Source: Lysobacterales bacterium (GTDB lineage Bacteria > Pseudomonadota > Gammaproteobacteria > Xanthomonadales > BPKI01). Taken from it: a stretch of 64,000 bases of DNA. Location: contig JAVQZZ010000001.1 of assembly GCA_033582715.1 (NCBI GenBank), positions 118,431 through 182,430 on the forward strand. The letters are read 5' to 3'. The notes under the pieces are model-generated. The model was not told the origin of the DNA and did no database searches. It was given only the letters and a program-made list of their open reading frames with translations. Within the stretch, counting starts at the first letter, position 1; every line of letters begins with the position of its first letter. Made by a program: the position numbers and the translations under genes. This document shows, piece after piece, positions 32,630 to 43,730 of the stretch.

Positions 32630-33528
32630 TGGAGTGGTTGAGCGCCTTCCGCACCTTCCTCCGCGTCGCCGAGCTCGAGAGCTTCAGCGCGGCCGCCGAG
32701 CAGCTCGGCATCGCCCGCTCGCTCGCCAGCCGCCGCATCCGCGATCTCGAGCGCGCCCTCGGGGTCGCGCTGCTGCTGCGCTCGACCCGCCGCGTGCGGC
32801 TCACCGAGGCCGGCAACCTGCTGCGCGCCCGGCTGCTGCCCCTGCTCGCCGAGCTCGACGGGCTGATCGCGGAGGCGAGCGCCCGCCAGGGCGGCATCGA
32901 GGGGCTGCTGCGGATCTCCTGCCCGACCTCCTTCGGCATCGTCTATCTCGCCCCGGCCCTTGCCGCCTTCATGGCGCAGCATCCCGCGCTCAGCGCCGAG
33001 CTGATCCTCAACGACCGTGCGGTGGACCCGGTCGAGGAGGGCTTCGACCTGGTGCTCTCCGACGCCGAGCGGATCTCGGGGCAGTACCGCGAGGAGCCGC
33101 TGGCGGCGATCGAGCTCGCCTGCGTCGCCGCCCCCGCCTACCTCGCCTCGCGCGGCGCCCCCGAGAGCCCGGAAGCGCTGCGGCGCCACGCCGTGATCCA
33201 CTACCTGCATGCCGGCACCGGCCACGACTGGGTGTTCCTCGGGCCGCGCGGGCGCAGCAAGGTCACCATCCGGCCGCTCGCGACCAGCAACAACGGCGGG
33301 GTGATGCGTGCCCTGGCCCTGGCCGGCCTCGGCGTCGCCGTCCTGCCCCGCTTCCTGTGCCGCGAGGACCTCCGCGCCGGCGCCCTGGTCGAGCTGCTGC
33401 CCGGCTACAGGGTGCCGCCCGCGCGCCTGCGCGCGGTGCTGCCGAGCCGCGCCCCGCCGCCGAAGGTGGCGTTGCTGGTCGGCTTCCTGCGCGAGCACTT
33501 CCGCGCGCGCCTCGCCGAGGGGCCATGA
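32629..33528 (+). CDS. LysR family transcriptional regulator (CrgA/DmlR-like)
   Basis: ESFSAAAEQL...LERALGVALLLRSTRRVRLTEAG HTH; VDPVEEGFDL; divergent from yceI-pirin. Confidence 0.93.
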   Translation: MEWLSAFRTFLRVAELESFSAAAEQLGIARSLASRRIRDLERALGVALLLRSTRRVRLTEAGNLLRARLLPLLAELDGLIAEASARQGGIEGLLRISCPTSFGIVYLAPALAAFMAQHPALSAELILNDRAVDPVEEGFDLVLSDAERISGQYREEPLAAIELACVAAPAYLASRGAPESPEALRRHAVIHYLHAGTGHDWVFLGPRGRSKVTIRPLATSNNGGVMRALALAGLGVAVLPRFLCREDLRAGALVELLPGYRVPPARLRAVLPSRAPPPKVALLVGFLREHFRARLAEGP

Positions 33529-34478
33529 GGATCTGGGCGCTGGCCGATGCCGCGGCCGGGCACCTGCGCCAGGCCGAGGCCCTCGCCGCCGCCCTGGCCC
33601 GCGCGGTCGGCGCCGAGACCGAGACCCTGTGCCTGCAGGGCAGCCTGCGGGCGCGGCTGCTCGCGCCGCGCTTCGGCGACCTCAGCGATCTCCGCGCGGC
33701 CGGCCGCGCGCTCGCCCCGCCCTGGCCGGAGCTCGCCGTCGGCTGCGGCCGGCTGGCGGCGCTGGCCACCCGCCGGCTGCGCGAGCTCGGCGTGCGCACC
33801 GTGCAGATCCTCGACCCCCGGCTCGATCCGCGGCGCTTCGACTGGGTGGTGGCCCCGCGCCACGACGGGCTCGCCGGGCCCAACGTGCTCACCACCTTGG
33901 GCAGCCTCCACCCGGTGGACGAGGCCTGGCTCGCGCGCGCGCGCGCCGAGGATCCCGAGCCGGCCGCGCTGCCGCGCCCGCGCACCGCGCTGCTCCTCGG
34001 GGGCCCGAGCCGCCACCTGCCTTGGGGCCGCCGCGACCTCGGGCGCCTGATCGCGATCCTCCGGCACTGGCTCGAGCGCGACGGCGGCAGTCTGCTGGTG
34101 GCGCTCTCGCGCCGCAGCCCCGCCTGGGCCGAACGGCGGCTGCGGCGGGCCTTCCCGGGCGCGCGCTTCACCCCGGAGGGCGGCCGCAACCGCTATGCCG
34201 CCTTCCTGGCCTGGGCCGATCGGCTGGTGGTCACGGCGGATTCGGTGAACATGCTCTCCGAGGCCTGCGCGACGGGGGTGCCGGTGCGCCACTTCGCGCC
34301 GCGCCCGCCCTCCGCCCGGCTCGGTCGCTTCCTGCTCGCCCTGGTCGAGGGCGACCACGCCCGCCCGCTGCGCCTCGAGGCCGGCGCCGGCGGCGCCCGC
34401 CCCCTGCGCGAGACGGCAGCGGTCGCGGCGGCGCTCGGCCGCGCGCTCGGCCTCGGCGGTCCCGCTCAGGGCGACTGA
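33525..34478 (+). CDS. ELM1-like (mitochondrial fission ELM1 family) protein
   Basis: GHLRQAEALA, GCGR, VQILDPR...FDWVVAPRHD, LLLGGPS, VVTADSVNMLSEACATGVPV; ATGA overlap with LysR. Confidence 0.82.
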   Translation: MRIWALADAAAGHLRQAEALAAALARAVGAETETLCLQGSLRARLLAPRFGDLSDLRAAGRALAPPWPELAVGCGRLAALATRRLRELGVRTVQILDPRLDPRRFDWVVAPRHDGLAGPNVLTTLGSLHPVDEAWLARARAEDPEPAALPRPRTALLLGGPSRHLPWGRRDLGRLIAILRHWLERDGGSLLVALSRRSPAWAERRLRRAFPGARFTPEGGRNRYAAFLAWADRLVVTADSVNMLSEACATGVPVRHFAPRPPSARLGRFLLALVEGDHARPLRLEAGAGGARPLRETAAVAAALGRALGLGGPAQGD

Positions 34479-37126
34479 GGGAGTCCGGCGGCCCGCCAGG
34501 CGCGCTGGATCGCCGCCCGCGCCTCCTCGAGCCCCGGGGTCGCGCGCGGCACGATCCGCGGCGCGAGCCTGAGGTGGCAGCGAAGGGCCAGATCGAGCAG
34601 GCGGGCATGGGCGGCCCGCAGCGCCTCCGGCTCCTCGAGCGCGCCGCGCGCGCCGAGGGCCGCGATCCAGGCGGCGGTTCCGGTGCCGGCGGCGAGCGCC
34701 GCCTCGGGATCGAGGAGCAGCTTCGCCTCGAGCAGGAAGGCGAGGTCGACCAGGCCGCCGCGGCCCTGCTTGAGGTCGAAGCGCTCGCCGTCGCTGCGGT
34801 CGCGCTCCGCGCGCAGCCGCTCGCGCAGGGCCGCGAGCTCGGCCCGGACCCTCGCCGGATCGCGCGCCTGGCCGAGGGCCTCGGCCCGCAGCGCCGCGAA
34901 GGAGGCGAGCGCCTCGGGCGCGCCGAAGAGCGGCCGCGCGCGCAGCAGCGCCTGATGCTCCCAGAGCCGGGCGCGCTCCCGCTGGTAGCGGGCGAAGCCG
35001 GCGAGGGTCACGAGCGGGAGCCCCTTCGCGCCCTCCGGCCGCAGCCGCACGTCCACCTCGTAGAGCGGACCCGAGCCGCCGGGACTCGCGAGGTAGGCCA
35101 GGCCGCGCTGGATCAGCCGCACGAGGTAGCCGGCCGCCGGGAGCGGCCGCGGCCCGTCGCTGGAGGCGGCGAGCGCCTCCGGATCGCAGAGGAAGACCAG
35201 GTCGAGATCGGAGCGAAAGCCGAGCTCGAGCGCGCCCAGGCTGCCGTAGCCCACCACCGCGAGCGGCAGCCCTTCCGCCCGCAGCCGACCGTGACGGGCG
35301 GCGAGTTCCGCCGCCGCCAGCGCGAACAGGCGCTCGAGCAGCCGCTCGGCGAGGCGGGACAGCCCGGCGGCGCAGTCGATGGCGCCCGTCCGTCCCTCGA
35401 GCAGCGCGAGCCCGAGTTCGAGCTGGCTCTCGCCCTTGAGCTCGGCGAGCAGGCGCAGGCAGGCCTCGGCCATCGCCGGGGGCGGCGGCGAGGCGCCCGG
35501 CCAGGGCCTGCTCCCGCTCCTCGGGCGGTGCCGGCGGCGCGAGCAGGCGGTCGAGCAGCACCGGCTGCGCGACGAGCTCGCGGCCGAGGAGCGGGGCCTC
35601 GGCGACCAGCGCCACCAGACGCTCGCAGGCCGCCGGATGCTCGTCGAGCAGCGCGAGATAGGTGCTGCGGCGGAGCAGCACCGCGAGCAGCTCGGCCAGC
35701 GCCGCCGCCGTGCCCGCCTCGGCCCCGCGGCGCTCGAGCGCGGCGAGCAGGCGCGGGCCGATCCGGTCGAGCCGCTCGCGCGCCCGGGCCGAGAGGCGGC
35801 CCGCGGCAGGCCCGCGCAGCAGGGCGGCGAAGGGCGCGAGCCCGGGATCGGGGGCGGCCGCGGGACGCTCCGCGGCGGCGGCGGCTCCGCCGCGAGCCGC
35901 GCCCAGCGTCGCGCCTCCTCGGACTCGGGGCGCGGGGCGCTCGGCCCGGGGAAGAGGGCGAGGAAGCTCTCCCGAACCGCCGCCCGCGCCGCCGCGATCG
36001 CGGCCTCGAGCGCGGCCGCATCCGCGAAGCCGAGCCCGCGGGCGACGCGCAGACGGGTCGCGGCGTCGGCCGGGAGCCGGTGGGTCTGCGCCTCGCTCAG
36101 CATCTGCACGCGATTCTCGACCCGCCGCAGCAGGCGGTAGGCCCGCTCGAGGGCCTGCGCCCGCTCCGGCGGCAGCACCCGGCGCGCGGCGAGGGCGGGC
36201 AGCGCGGCGAGGATCGCGGGCGCACGCAGCTCCGGCTCCCGCCCGCCGCGCACCAGCTGCAGGGCCTGGACCACGAACTCGAGCTCGCGGATCCCGCCCG
36301 GACCGCGCTTGAGGTCCTCCTCGAGCCCGCGCCGGCCGACCTCGGCCGCGAGCGCCGCCTTGGTCCGCCGCAGGGCCGCGAGCGCCTCGTAGTCGAGGTA
36401 GCGCCGGAACACGAAGGACCGCGCGAGGCCGAGCGCCGCCTCGCCGAGCGCGGGATCGCCCGCCACCGCCCGCGCCCGGATCCAGGCGAAGCGCTCCCAC
36501 TCGCGAGCCTCGCGCAGGAAGTACTGCTCCAGCGCGGCGAGGCCGATCACCGGCGGGCCGGCCTCGCCGAAGGGCCGCAGCCTCAGGTCGACGCGGTAGA
36601 GGAAGCCCTCGTGGTCGGCCTCGGCGAGGGCGCGCGCGAGGCGGCGGGCGCGGCGCTGCAGCCCGGGCTCGTCGGCCTCGCCCACCAGCACCAGATCGAC
36701 GTCCGAGGAGAAGTTGAGCTCCCGCCCGCCGAGCTTGCCGAGGGCGAGCACGGCGAGCGGCGGCGCGCCTCCGCCCGCCTCGGCCTCGAGCCAGGCCAGC
36801 CCCACCCGGATCACGGCCTCGGCGAGCTCGCTGGTCTCGGCCAGGGTGCGCTCCAGCGGATCGCGGCCGAGGGCGTCGCGCCAGGCGAGGCGCAGGCTCT
36901 CCTCGCGCCGGATCCGGCGCAGTCCGGGCCAGTCGGGCGGCAGCGCCGCGAGCGGCTCGATCCGGGCGGCCGGGGAGCGCTCGTCGTCGCGGAGCGCGAT
37001 CAGACGGGCGAGCGCCCCGGGATGGCTGCGGAGATGGGGGAGCGCGAGGTCGCTCACCGCGAGGAGCGCGGCGAGCGCGGGGCGCTCCTCCTCCGGCAGC
37101 CCCGCGAGCGGCTCCTGCGCGGTCAT
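34466..37126 (-). CDS. glnE: Glutamine synthetase adenylyltransferase (internal compensating frameshifts)
   Basis: Two NT domains: LGKLGGRELNFSSDVDL/YRVDLRLRPFG/LKRGPGGIRELEF and GYGSLGALELGFRSDLDL/YEVDVRLRPEG/DLKQGRGGLVD. Confidence 0.92.
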   Translation of the reverse strand: MTAQEPLAGLPEEERPALAALLAVSDLALPHLRSHPGALARLIALRDDERSPAARIEPLAALPPDWPGLRRIRREESLRLAWRDALGRDPLERTLAETSELAEAVIRVGLAWLEAEAGGGAPPLAVLALGKLGGRELNFSSDVDLVLVGEADEPGLQRRARRLARALAEADHEGFLYRVDLRLRPFGEAGPPVIGLAALEQYFLREAREWERFAWIRARAVAGDPALGEAALGLARSFVFRRYLDYEALAALRRTKAALAAEVGRRGLEEDLKRGPGGIRELEFVVQALQLVRGGREPELRAPAILAALPALAARRVLPPERAQALERAYRLLRRVENRVQMLSEAQTHRLPADAATRLRVARGLGFADAAALEAAIAAARAAVRESFLALFPGPSAPRPESEEARRWARLAAEPPPPRSVPRPPPIPGSRPSPPCCAGLPRAASRPGRASGSTGSARACSPRSSAAGPRRARRRRWPSCSRCCSAAAPISRCSTSIRRPASVWWRWSPRPRSSAASSSRSRCCSTACSRRRHRPRSGSRPWPGASPPPPAMAEACLRLLAELKGESQLELGLALLEGRTGAIDCAAGLSRLAERLLERLFALAAAELAARHGRLRAEGLPLAVVGYGSLGALELGFRSDLDLVFLCDPEALAASSDGPRPLPAAGYLVRLIQRGLAYLASPGGSGPLYEVDVRLRPEGAKGLPLVTLAGFARYQRERARLWEHQALLRARPLFGAPEALASFAALRAEALGQARDPARVRAELAALRERLRAERDRSDGERFDLKQGRGGLVDLAFLLEAKLLLDPEAALAAGTGTAAWIAALGARGALEEPEALRAAHARLLDLALRCHLRLAPRIVPRATPGLEEARAAIQRAWRAAGLPQSP

Positions 37127-37950
37127 TGCCGCGGCAGGCGCGGATTGCCCGGCTCGATCCCGCGCAGGCTGGTGCGGAAGGGGTTGATGTCGATCCCGCC
37201 GCGCCGGCAGAACCGGCCGTACACGGTGAGCTCGCGCGGCTCGCAGCGTCGCCAGAGGTCGATGAAGATCCGCTCGACGCAGGCCTCGTGGAAGGCGCGG
37301 TGGCGCCGGTACGCGACCAGGTAGCGGAGCAGCGCCGCGCGCTCGAGCCGCGGCCCGCGATAGCGGATCTGGATGCTTCCGTGGTCGGGCTGGCCGGTCA
37401 CCGGGCACAGCGCGCGGAAGAGATGGCAGACCAGGGTCTCGGCGGCGGGATGCTCGGGATCGGCGGCGAGCAGCCCGGGGTCGGGGTCCTCGTAGCGATC
37501 GAGGGCCACCGGCAGCTCGTCGATCACCTCGCCGCCGAGGCTGCCGAAGCCGAGCTCGGGCGCGTCCGGCGAGACCAGCGCCACCGCCACCGGCGCGCCG
37601 CAGGCGCGCCCGAGGTCGGCCGCGATCCGCTCGCGCAGCGCATCGGCCGACTCGTGGCGGCTCATCGCGTAGCCCTGGAGGTAGAGCTTCACGCTCTTCG
37701 ACTCGAGCAGGCTCGGCGACTCCGCGGGCACTCGCCACTCGGCGATCGCCACCCGCGGCCGGCCTCGGGCATCGAGCCAGCCGAGCTCGTAGGCGTTCCA
37801 CAGGTCCTCGCCGCGGAAGGGCAGCGGCCCCTGCTCGAGACCGAGATCGGCGCGGACGCGGGCGCGCGGGATCGCGACCAGCAGCTCCGGCGCGGGCTGC
37901 TCCGGCGGCGCCGCCGGCCGGCCGAGCGGGGTCTCGGGCCAGTCCCTCAT
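37123..37950 (-). CDS. queF: NADPH-dependent 7-cyano-7-deazaguanine reductase, bimodular type
   Basis: DLWNAYELGWL, ESKSVKLYL QueF motif, CPVTGQPD, FHEACVERIF, RRGGIDINPFR. Confidence 0.93.
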   Translation of the reverse strand: MRDWPETPLGRPAAPPEQPAPELLVAIPRARVRADLGLEQGPLPFRGEDLWNAYELGWLDARGRPRVAIAEWRVPAESPSLLESKSVKLYLQGYAMSRHESADALRERIAADLGRACGAPVAVALVSPDAPELGFGSLGGEVIDELPVALDRYEDPDPGLLAADPEHPAAETLVCHLFRALCPVTGQPDHGSIQIRYRGPRLERAALLRYLVAYRRHRAFHEACVERIFIDLWRRCEPRELTVYGRFCRRGGIDINPFRTSLRGIEPGNPRLPRQ

Positions 37951-37958
37951 GCTCGGAG

Positions 37959-38680
37959 TCAGAAGTCGTAGGCGAGGTCGAGCGTGACCAGGGTATCGCT
38001 GCGGCGGCGTCCGGGCGGGGCCGTGGTGTTGTGGCGCAGCTCCGCCGCGGCCTTGAGTCCCAGGCGGTCGCTGGATCCGCAGTTGGAGCCCGAAGGTATT
38101 CTGGAGGAAGCGGTTGTCGGGGCCGGCCTCGAGCAGGGCCTGATCGAAGAGCTCCGCGTTCGCGGCCAGCGCCTGCCGCCAGCGCAGGGCGCCGCGGAGG
38201 ATCAGGTCCTCCTCCCTGGCGCCGCCGCCGGGCAGCGCGGCATCGCGGGTCCTCGCCCGCCGCCAGCCGGGCCCGCCCTCGAGTTCCAGACTCCGCCCCG
38301 GCCGGTCGACCGGCTTCCAGCCGAGCCCCGCCGAGAGCGTTGCCCTGCCAGCGGTAGGCGGCGAACTCGTCGCGCTCGAGGCGCAGCGCGGCGAAGCCGT
38401 AGCGCGGCGCCTCGCGCCGGAAATCGCTCTTCAGCGCCAGCTCCTCGCGGTCGGCCGAGTCCTCCCCGTCCCGGCGGCTGCGCAGCGCCGACAGGCTCGC
38501 CTCGTGCTGCCAGGTCGGCCCCTTGCGGCGCAGCAGGAGCCTGGCGTTGAGGGTGGTGGCCTCGCTGTTGCCGCGGGCGAGGAGCAGCCCGAGCTGGCCG
38601 CTGCCGCCCCATTCGCGGGGGGGCCGGGCGGCCGGGCCGTCGGCGGCGAGGACCAGGAGCAGCAGGATCGGGGCGGCCAT
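37959..38680 (-). CDS. DUF481/YdiY-family outer-membrane beta-barrel protein (frameshifted)
   Basis: WGGSGQLGLLLARGNSEATTLN, ERDEFAAY, C-terminal TLVTLDLAYDF* ending in Phe. Confidence 0.75.
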
Positions 38681-38768
38681 GCGCGAGGCGAAGTCGGGAG
38701 CGGGCACGGATGATACCCCTGCGCCGCCCGCGCTATCCTCGCCGCGGACCGACACCCGGCGCACCCCG

Positions 38769-40434
38769 ATGGCGCCCGAACCGCCTCGCCTTCCGCCCGG
38801 CGACAACCAGCCGCCTCCCTTCGAGCCGGCGGACCTCTGGGCCCTGGACCGACCGCTTCGGCGCCTGGTCGCGAGCCTCGGCGCCGGCTGGGCGGCCCCG
38901 CGGCTCGCCGCCTACGGCGCGCTCGCCGGGGGCGAGCTCCTCGAGCTCGGCTGGGAGGCCGAGCGCGACCGGCCGCGGCTGATCACCCACGACCGCTTCG
39001 GCCGCCGCCTCGACCGCGTCGCCTACCACCCCGCCTACCACCGGATCATGGCCCTCGCCGTCGAGCACGGGGTGTCGAACCTGAGCTGGCGCGAGCCGCG
39101 GCCCGGTGCCGAGCTGGCGCGGGCGGCGCTGGTCTACCTCCATCACCAGGCCGAGGCGGGCAGCAACTGCCCGCTGACCATGACCTTCGCCGCCTACCCG
39201 GTGCTCGCCCGCGAAGCCCCCTTCGCCGAGTGGGCGAGGAAGGCGATCGCCCCCCACTACGACCCCTCCGAGCGCCCGGTCGCGGCCAAGGCCGGGATCA
39301 CGCTCGGCATGGGCATGACCGAGCGCCAGGGCGGCTCGGACGTGCGCAGCAACAGCACCCGCGCCGAGCCCGCGGGCGACGACCGGAGCTACCGCCTCTT
39401 CGGGCACAAGTGGTTCTTCTCGGCGCCGATGAGCGACGGCTTCCTGGTGCTCGCCCAGGCCCCCGGGGGGCTGAGCTGCTTCCTGCTGCCGCGGATCCTG
39501 CCCGACGGGCGGCGCAACGCCCTGCGGCTGCTCCGGCTCAAGGACAAGGTGGGGAATCGCTCGAACGCGAGCGGCGAGGTCGAGTTCGAGGGGGCGCTCG
39601 CCTGGCGGCTGGGCGAGGAGGGCCGCGGCGTGGCCACGATCCTCGAGATGGTGGCGCTCACCCGCATCGACTGCGCCCTCGGCGCCGCCGCCGAGATGCG
39701 CATGGCGCTCGCCCAGGCGCTCCACCACGCCCGCCACCGCGTCGCCTTCGGCCGACCGCTGGTGGAGCAGCCGCTGATGCGCGCGGTGCTCGCCGACCTC
39801 GCCCTCGAATGGCTGGCGGCGCTCGCCCTGATCCTCAGGGTGGTGGCGGCGCGGGAGCGCGGCGCAGCGGGGGATGCGCGCGAGGCGCGGCTCGCCCGCC
39901 TCGGCATCCCGGTGGCGAAGTACTGGCTCGCGAAGCGCGCGGTGCCGGTGGTCAACGAGGCCCAGGAGTGCCTCGGCGGGGGCGGCTACGTCGAGGAGTC
40001 GCTGCTCGCGCGGCTCTACCGCGAGGCGCCGCTCAACTCGATCTGGGAGGGCTGCGGCAACATCCAGTGCCTCGACGTGCTGCGGGTGCTCGAGCGCAGT
40101 CCCGAGGCGCTCCCGGCGTGGATCGCCGCCGCCGAGGAGGCGTGCGGCCCCGCGGCCGCCGCCGCCCGAGCTCGCGATGGCGCTCGAGCGGCTCGAGCCG
40201 CTCGCGCGGCGGGCGCTCGCCGACCCCGCGGAGGCCCGCCGTCTCGCCGAGGCGCTGGCGCTCGCGCTCCAGGCGGCGCTGCTCGCCGGCCTCGCCGCCG
40301 AGGAACCCGAATACGCCGCCGCCGCCTCGGCCTTCGCCCTGAGCCGCCTCGGCGGCGAGCGCGCCGGTGCCTTCGGCTCCCTGCCCCGCGGGGCCGACCC
40401 GGGGCCGATCCTCGCCCTGGCACTGCCGCCCTGA
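38769..40434 (+). CDS. AidB-like acyl-CoA dehydrogenase (frameshift near 40165)
   Basis: NQPPP, CPLTMT, GMGMTERQGGSDV, GHKWFFSAP, LKDKVGNRSNASGEVEF, ECLGGGGYVEE, REAPLNSIWEG. Confidence 0.88.
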
Positions 40435-40493
40435 GCGCCCGCGGCGCGCGCCGGGAGCGGGTAGGATGGGCCGCCCCGACCCCGACGACGCCG

Positions 40494-41804
40494 ATGAGCG
40501 AGCCGAACCCGACCCCGCCCCCCTTCGAAGGCGGCCGCTGCCGCCCGGTGGCCGTGCTCGGCGGGATCCGCATCCCCTTCTGCCGCGCCAACACGGCCTA
40601 TGCCGAACTCGGCAACCTCGAGCTCGCCACCCGCACCCTCGGCAGCCTGGTCGAGCGCTTCGGGCTGCACGGGGAGGTGCTCGGGGAGGTGGCGGCCGGC
40701 GCGGTGCTCAAGCACTCCCGCGACTGGAACCTGGCGCGGGAGGCGGTGCTCGGCTCGGGGCTGTCCCCGCTCACCCCCGGTCTCACCCTCGCCCGCGCCT
40801 GCGGCACCTCGCTCGATGCCGCGCTGGTGGTGGCCGCGAAGATCGCCACCGGCCAGATCGAGGCCGGCGTGGCGCTCGGCAGCGACACCACCTCGGACGT
40901 GCCGATCGTGCTCTCCGAGCCGCTGCGCCGCCGCCTGCTCGCCGTCTACCGCGCGCGCGGAGCCCTCGCCAAGCTGCGGGCGCTGCTCAGGGGCTTTCGC
41001 CTGCGCGAGCTCAAGCCGGCCTTCCCGGGCGTGGCCGAGCCCCGCACCGGGCTGTCGATGGGACAGCACGCCGAGCGCATGGCGCGCGAGTGGGGCATCG
41101 GCCGCGAGGCCCAGGACCGCCTCGCCCTCGCCAGCCACCGGAAGGCCCACGCCGCCTACGAGCGCGGCTTCTTCGCCGATCTGGTCGAACCCTTCCGCGG
41201 CCTGAGCCGCGACGCGATCCTCCGCCCCGACACCACCCTCGAGAAGCTCGCCGCGCTCAGGCCCGCCTTCGACCCCGAGCGCGGCACGCTGACCGCCGGC
41301 AACTCCACGCCCCTCACCGACGGCGCAGCCGCGGTGCTGCTGGCGAGCGAGGACTGGGCGCGCGCCCGCGGCCTGCCCGTCAGGGCCTGGCTGACCGCGG
41401 CGCGGGTGGCGGCGGTGGATTTCGTCGGCGGCGAGGGGCTGCTGATGGCCCCCTGCTACGCGGTGGCGCGGCTGCTCCGCGAGCGCGGGCTGAGCTTCGC
41501 GGACTTCGACTTCTTCGAGATCCACGAGGCCTTCGCCGCCCAGGTGCTGTGCACCCTCGCCGCGTTCCGCGACGAGCGCTACTGCCGGGAGCGGCTCGGG
41601 CTCGACGGGCCGCTCGGCGAGATCCCCGAGGAGCGGCTCAACGTGGTCGGCTCCTCGCTCGCCTTCGGCCACCCCTTCGCCGCCACCGGCGCCCGCATCC
41701 TCGCCACCCTCGCCAAGCTCCTCGACGAGCGCGGCCGCGGCCGCGGGCTGGTCTCGGTGTGCACCGCCGGCGGCATGGGGGTGGCCGCGATCCTCGAGCG
41801 CTGA
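40494..41804 (+). CDS. Acetyl-CoA C-acyltransferase (thiolase, FadI-like)
   Basis: RACGTSL, TAGNSTPLTDGA, EIHEAFAAQ, GHPFAATG, VCTAGGMG. Confidence 0.92.
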   Translation: MSEPNPTPPPFEGGRCRPVAVLGGIRIPFCRANTAYAELGNLELATRTLGSLVERFGLHGEVLGEVAAGAVLKHSRDWNLAREAVLGSGLSPLTPGLTLARACGTSLDAALVVAAKIATGQIEAGVALGSDTTSDVPIVLSEPLRRRLLAVYRARGALAKLRALLRGFRLRELKPAFPGVAEPRTGLSMGQHAERMAREWGIGREAQDRLALASHRKAHAAYERGFFADLVEPFRGLSRDAILRPDTTLEKLAALRPAFDPERGTLTAGNSTPLTDGAAAVLLASEDWARARGLPVRAWLTAARVAAVDFVGGEGLLMAPCYAVARLLRERGLSFADFDFFEIHEAFAAQVLCTLAAFRDERYCRERLGLDGPLGEIPEERLNVVGSSLAFGHPFAATGARILATLAKLLDERGRGRGLVSVCTAGGMGVAAILER

Positions 41805-41842
41805 GCGAAGCCCCGCCGTCCGCCGCGACCGGCGGCGCGCCC

Positions 41843-43720
41843 TCAGTCGAAGTGGCAGAAGCAGTAGGCGTGCACGGCGAAGGGCCGGCGCTGGGCCGCG
41901 GCGAGATAGCGGAGATCGCGCTCGAGCGGCCACCGACCGCCGGATTCCGGGCCGCCGGCGCTCCCGCCGGCAGCAGGCGCGCGAGCCCCGCGTCGGCGAG
42001 GGCGCGGGCGAGGCGGGTCTCCATGCCCTCGAGGAAGGCCGCGAGGCCCTTGCGCTCGCGCTCGACGTAGCGCACCCGGTAGCCCTCGCCGAGCTTGGCG
42101 AGTTCCGCCGCGATGCGGATCGCGTCCTCGAGCCCGCCGAGCTCGTCGACCAGCCCGCGCGCCTTGGCCTGCTCGCCGGACCAGATGCGCCCGCGGGCGA
42201 TGGCGTCGACCGCCTCCGGCGTGGTGTTGCGGCCCTTCGCCACGCCCGTTCGAGGAAATCCTGGTACGACTTGGCGATCAGGCGCTCGAAGACCGGCTTG
42301 AGCCGCGGATCGAAGGGCCGCGCGGGGTCGAGCGCCCCGGCCCAGCTCGTGGTGCCGACGCCGTCGCTGCGCACGCCGAGGCGCTCGAGCAGCCGCGGGG
42401 CGGTCATGAACAGGCCGATCACGCCGATCGAGCCGGTGATGGTCGTGGGATCCGCGACGATGCGGTCGGCGCTCATGCTGATCCAGTAGCCTCCCGAGGC
42501 GGCGACGTTGCCCATCGAGGCCACCACCGGCTTGCCGGCCGCGCGCAGCAGCTCGACCTCGCGGCGGATCTGCTCGGAGGCGAAGGCGCTGCCGCCGGGG
42601 GAGTCCACGCGCAGCACCACGGCCTTCACCTGCTCGTCCTCGCGCGCCTTGCGCAGCAGGGCCGCGGTGCTGACGCCGCCGACGCTCCCGGGCGGCTGCT
42701 CGCCCTCCATGATCGAGCCCATCGCCACCACCACCGCCACCTGCGGCGCATCGGCGCGCATGCGCTCCCGCGCCCGCGCCCGCGCCACCTTGAGGTAGTC
42801 CTCGAACTCCACGCGGCGGAATCCGCTGCCCTCCTCGTCCGCGACCCCGCGCTCGCGCAGCCGCGCCACCGCCTGGTCCTCGCTCAGCAGCTCGTCCACC
42901 AGACCCTCCGCGAGAGCGAGGGCGGCGAGATCCCCGCCCTGGGCGACCAGCTGCTCGGGATAGCCCTCGATGCGACGCGCGAGCTCCTCGGGATCCAGCT
43001 TGCGGCGCTGGCCGAGGTCGGCAAGGAAGCTCCGCCAGCGCCCGTTCAGCACGTAGGCGTCGGCCTCCTTCGCTTCCGGCGACGCGCCGTCGCGGGTGTA
43101 GGGCTCCCCGAAGCTCTTGAACTCTCCGGCGCGGAACAGGTGCACGTCGAGGGAGAGCTTGTCCTCGAGCGCCTCGCGGTAGTAGAGGCGGTAGCGCCCG
43201 AAGCCTTCGAGGATCACCCCGCCCATCGGATGCAGCCAGATCTCGTCGGCCTGGGCGGCGAGGTGGTAGCCGATCTGGTCGAGGGCGTCGGCATAGGCCA
43301 CGACCTGCTTGCCCGCCGCGCGGAACTTGGCCAGGGCGCGCGCGATCTCGCGGGCGGTGGCGAGGCCGGCGACCATGCCCTGGGGCTTGAGGAACAGGCG
43401 CTCGATCTTGGGATCCGAGGCCGCCTCCTCGATCACCAGCAGCAGGTCGCGCAGCGCGATCTCCTGCAGGTCGTCCCCGCCGCCGAGGCGCTGGAGCAGG
43501 CGCTCGAAGGGCGTCGCCGGTGGTCTCCTCGACCACGGCCGCCTCGGGGGCGATCACGAGCGTGGTGCGCTCCTCGAGCTTCGGAGGCCGCGTCGCGAGC
43601 ACCGCCGCGACGATCAGGAGCAGCAGGCCGATGAAGACCAGGTTGAGCACCAAGCCGCCGCAGGCCGTCGAGGAAGCGGAAGAGCCGACGCAGGGGCTGG
43701 AATCCGGAGGAGGCAGCCAT
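41843..43720 (-). CDS. sppA: Signal peptide peptidase SppA (protease IV; frameshifted)
   Basis: N-terminal TM; [45 protein letters not shown]...GLVDELGG. Confidence 0.9.
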
Positions 43721-43730
43721 GGCATCTCGG

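Noticed and set aside
22449-41804. Very long ORF-track entries as giant genes or fusions (22449-25931, 26025-30638, 33308-37324, 34466-38806, 38523-41804)
   Set aside because: Stop codons are rare at this GC content; these are shadow ORFs or chance in-frame joins of separate genes with their own starts
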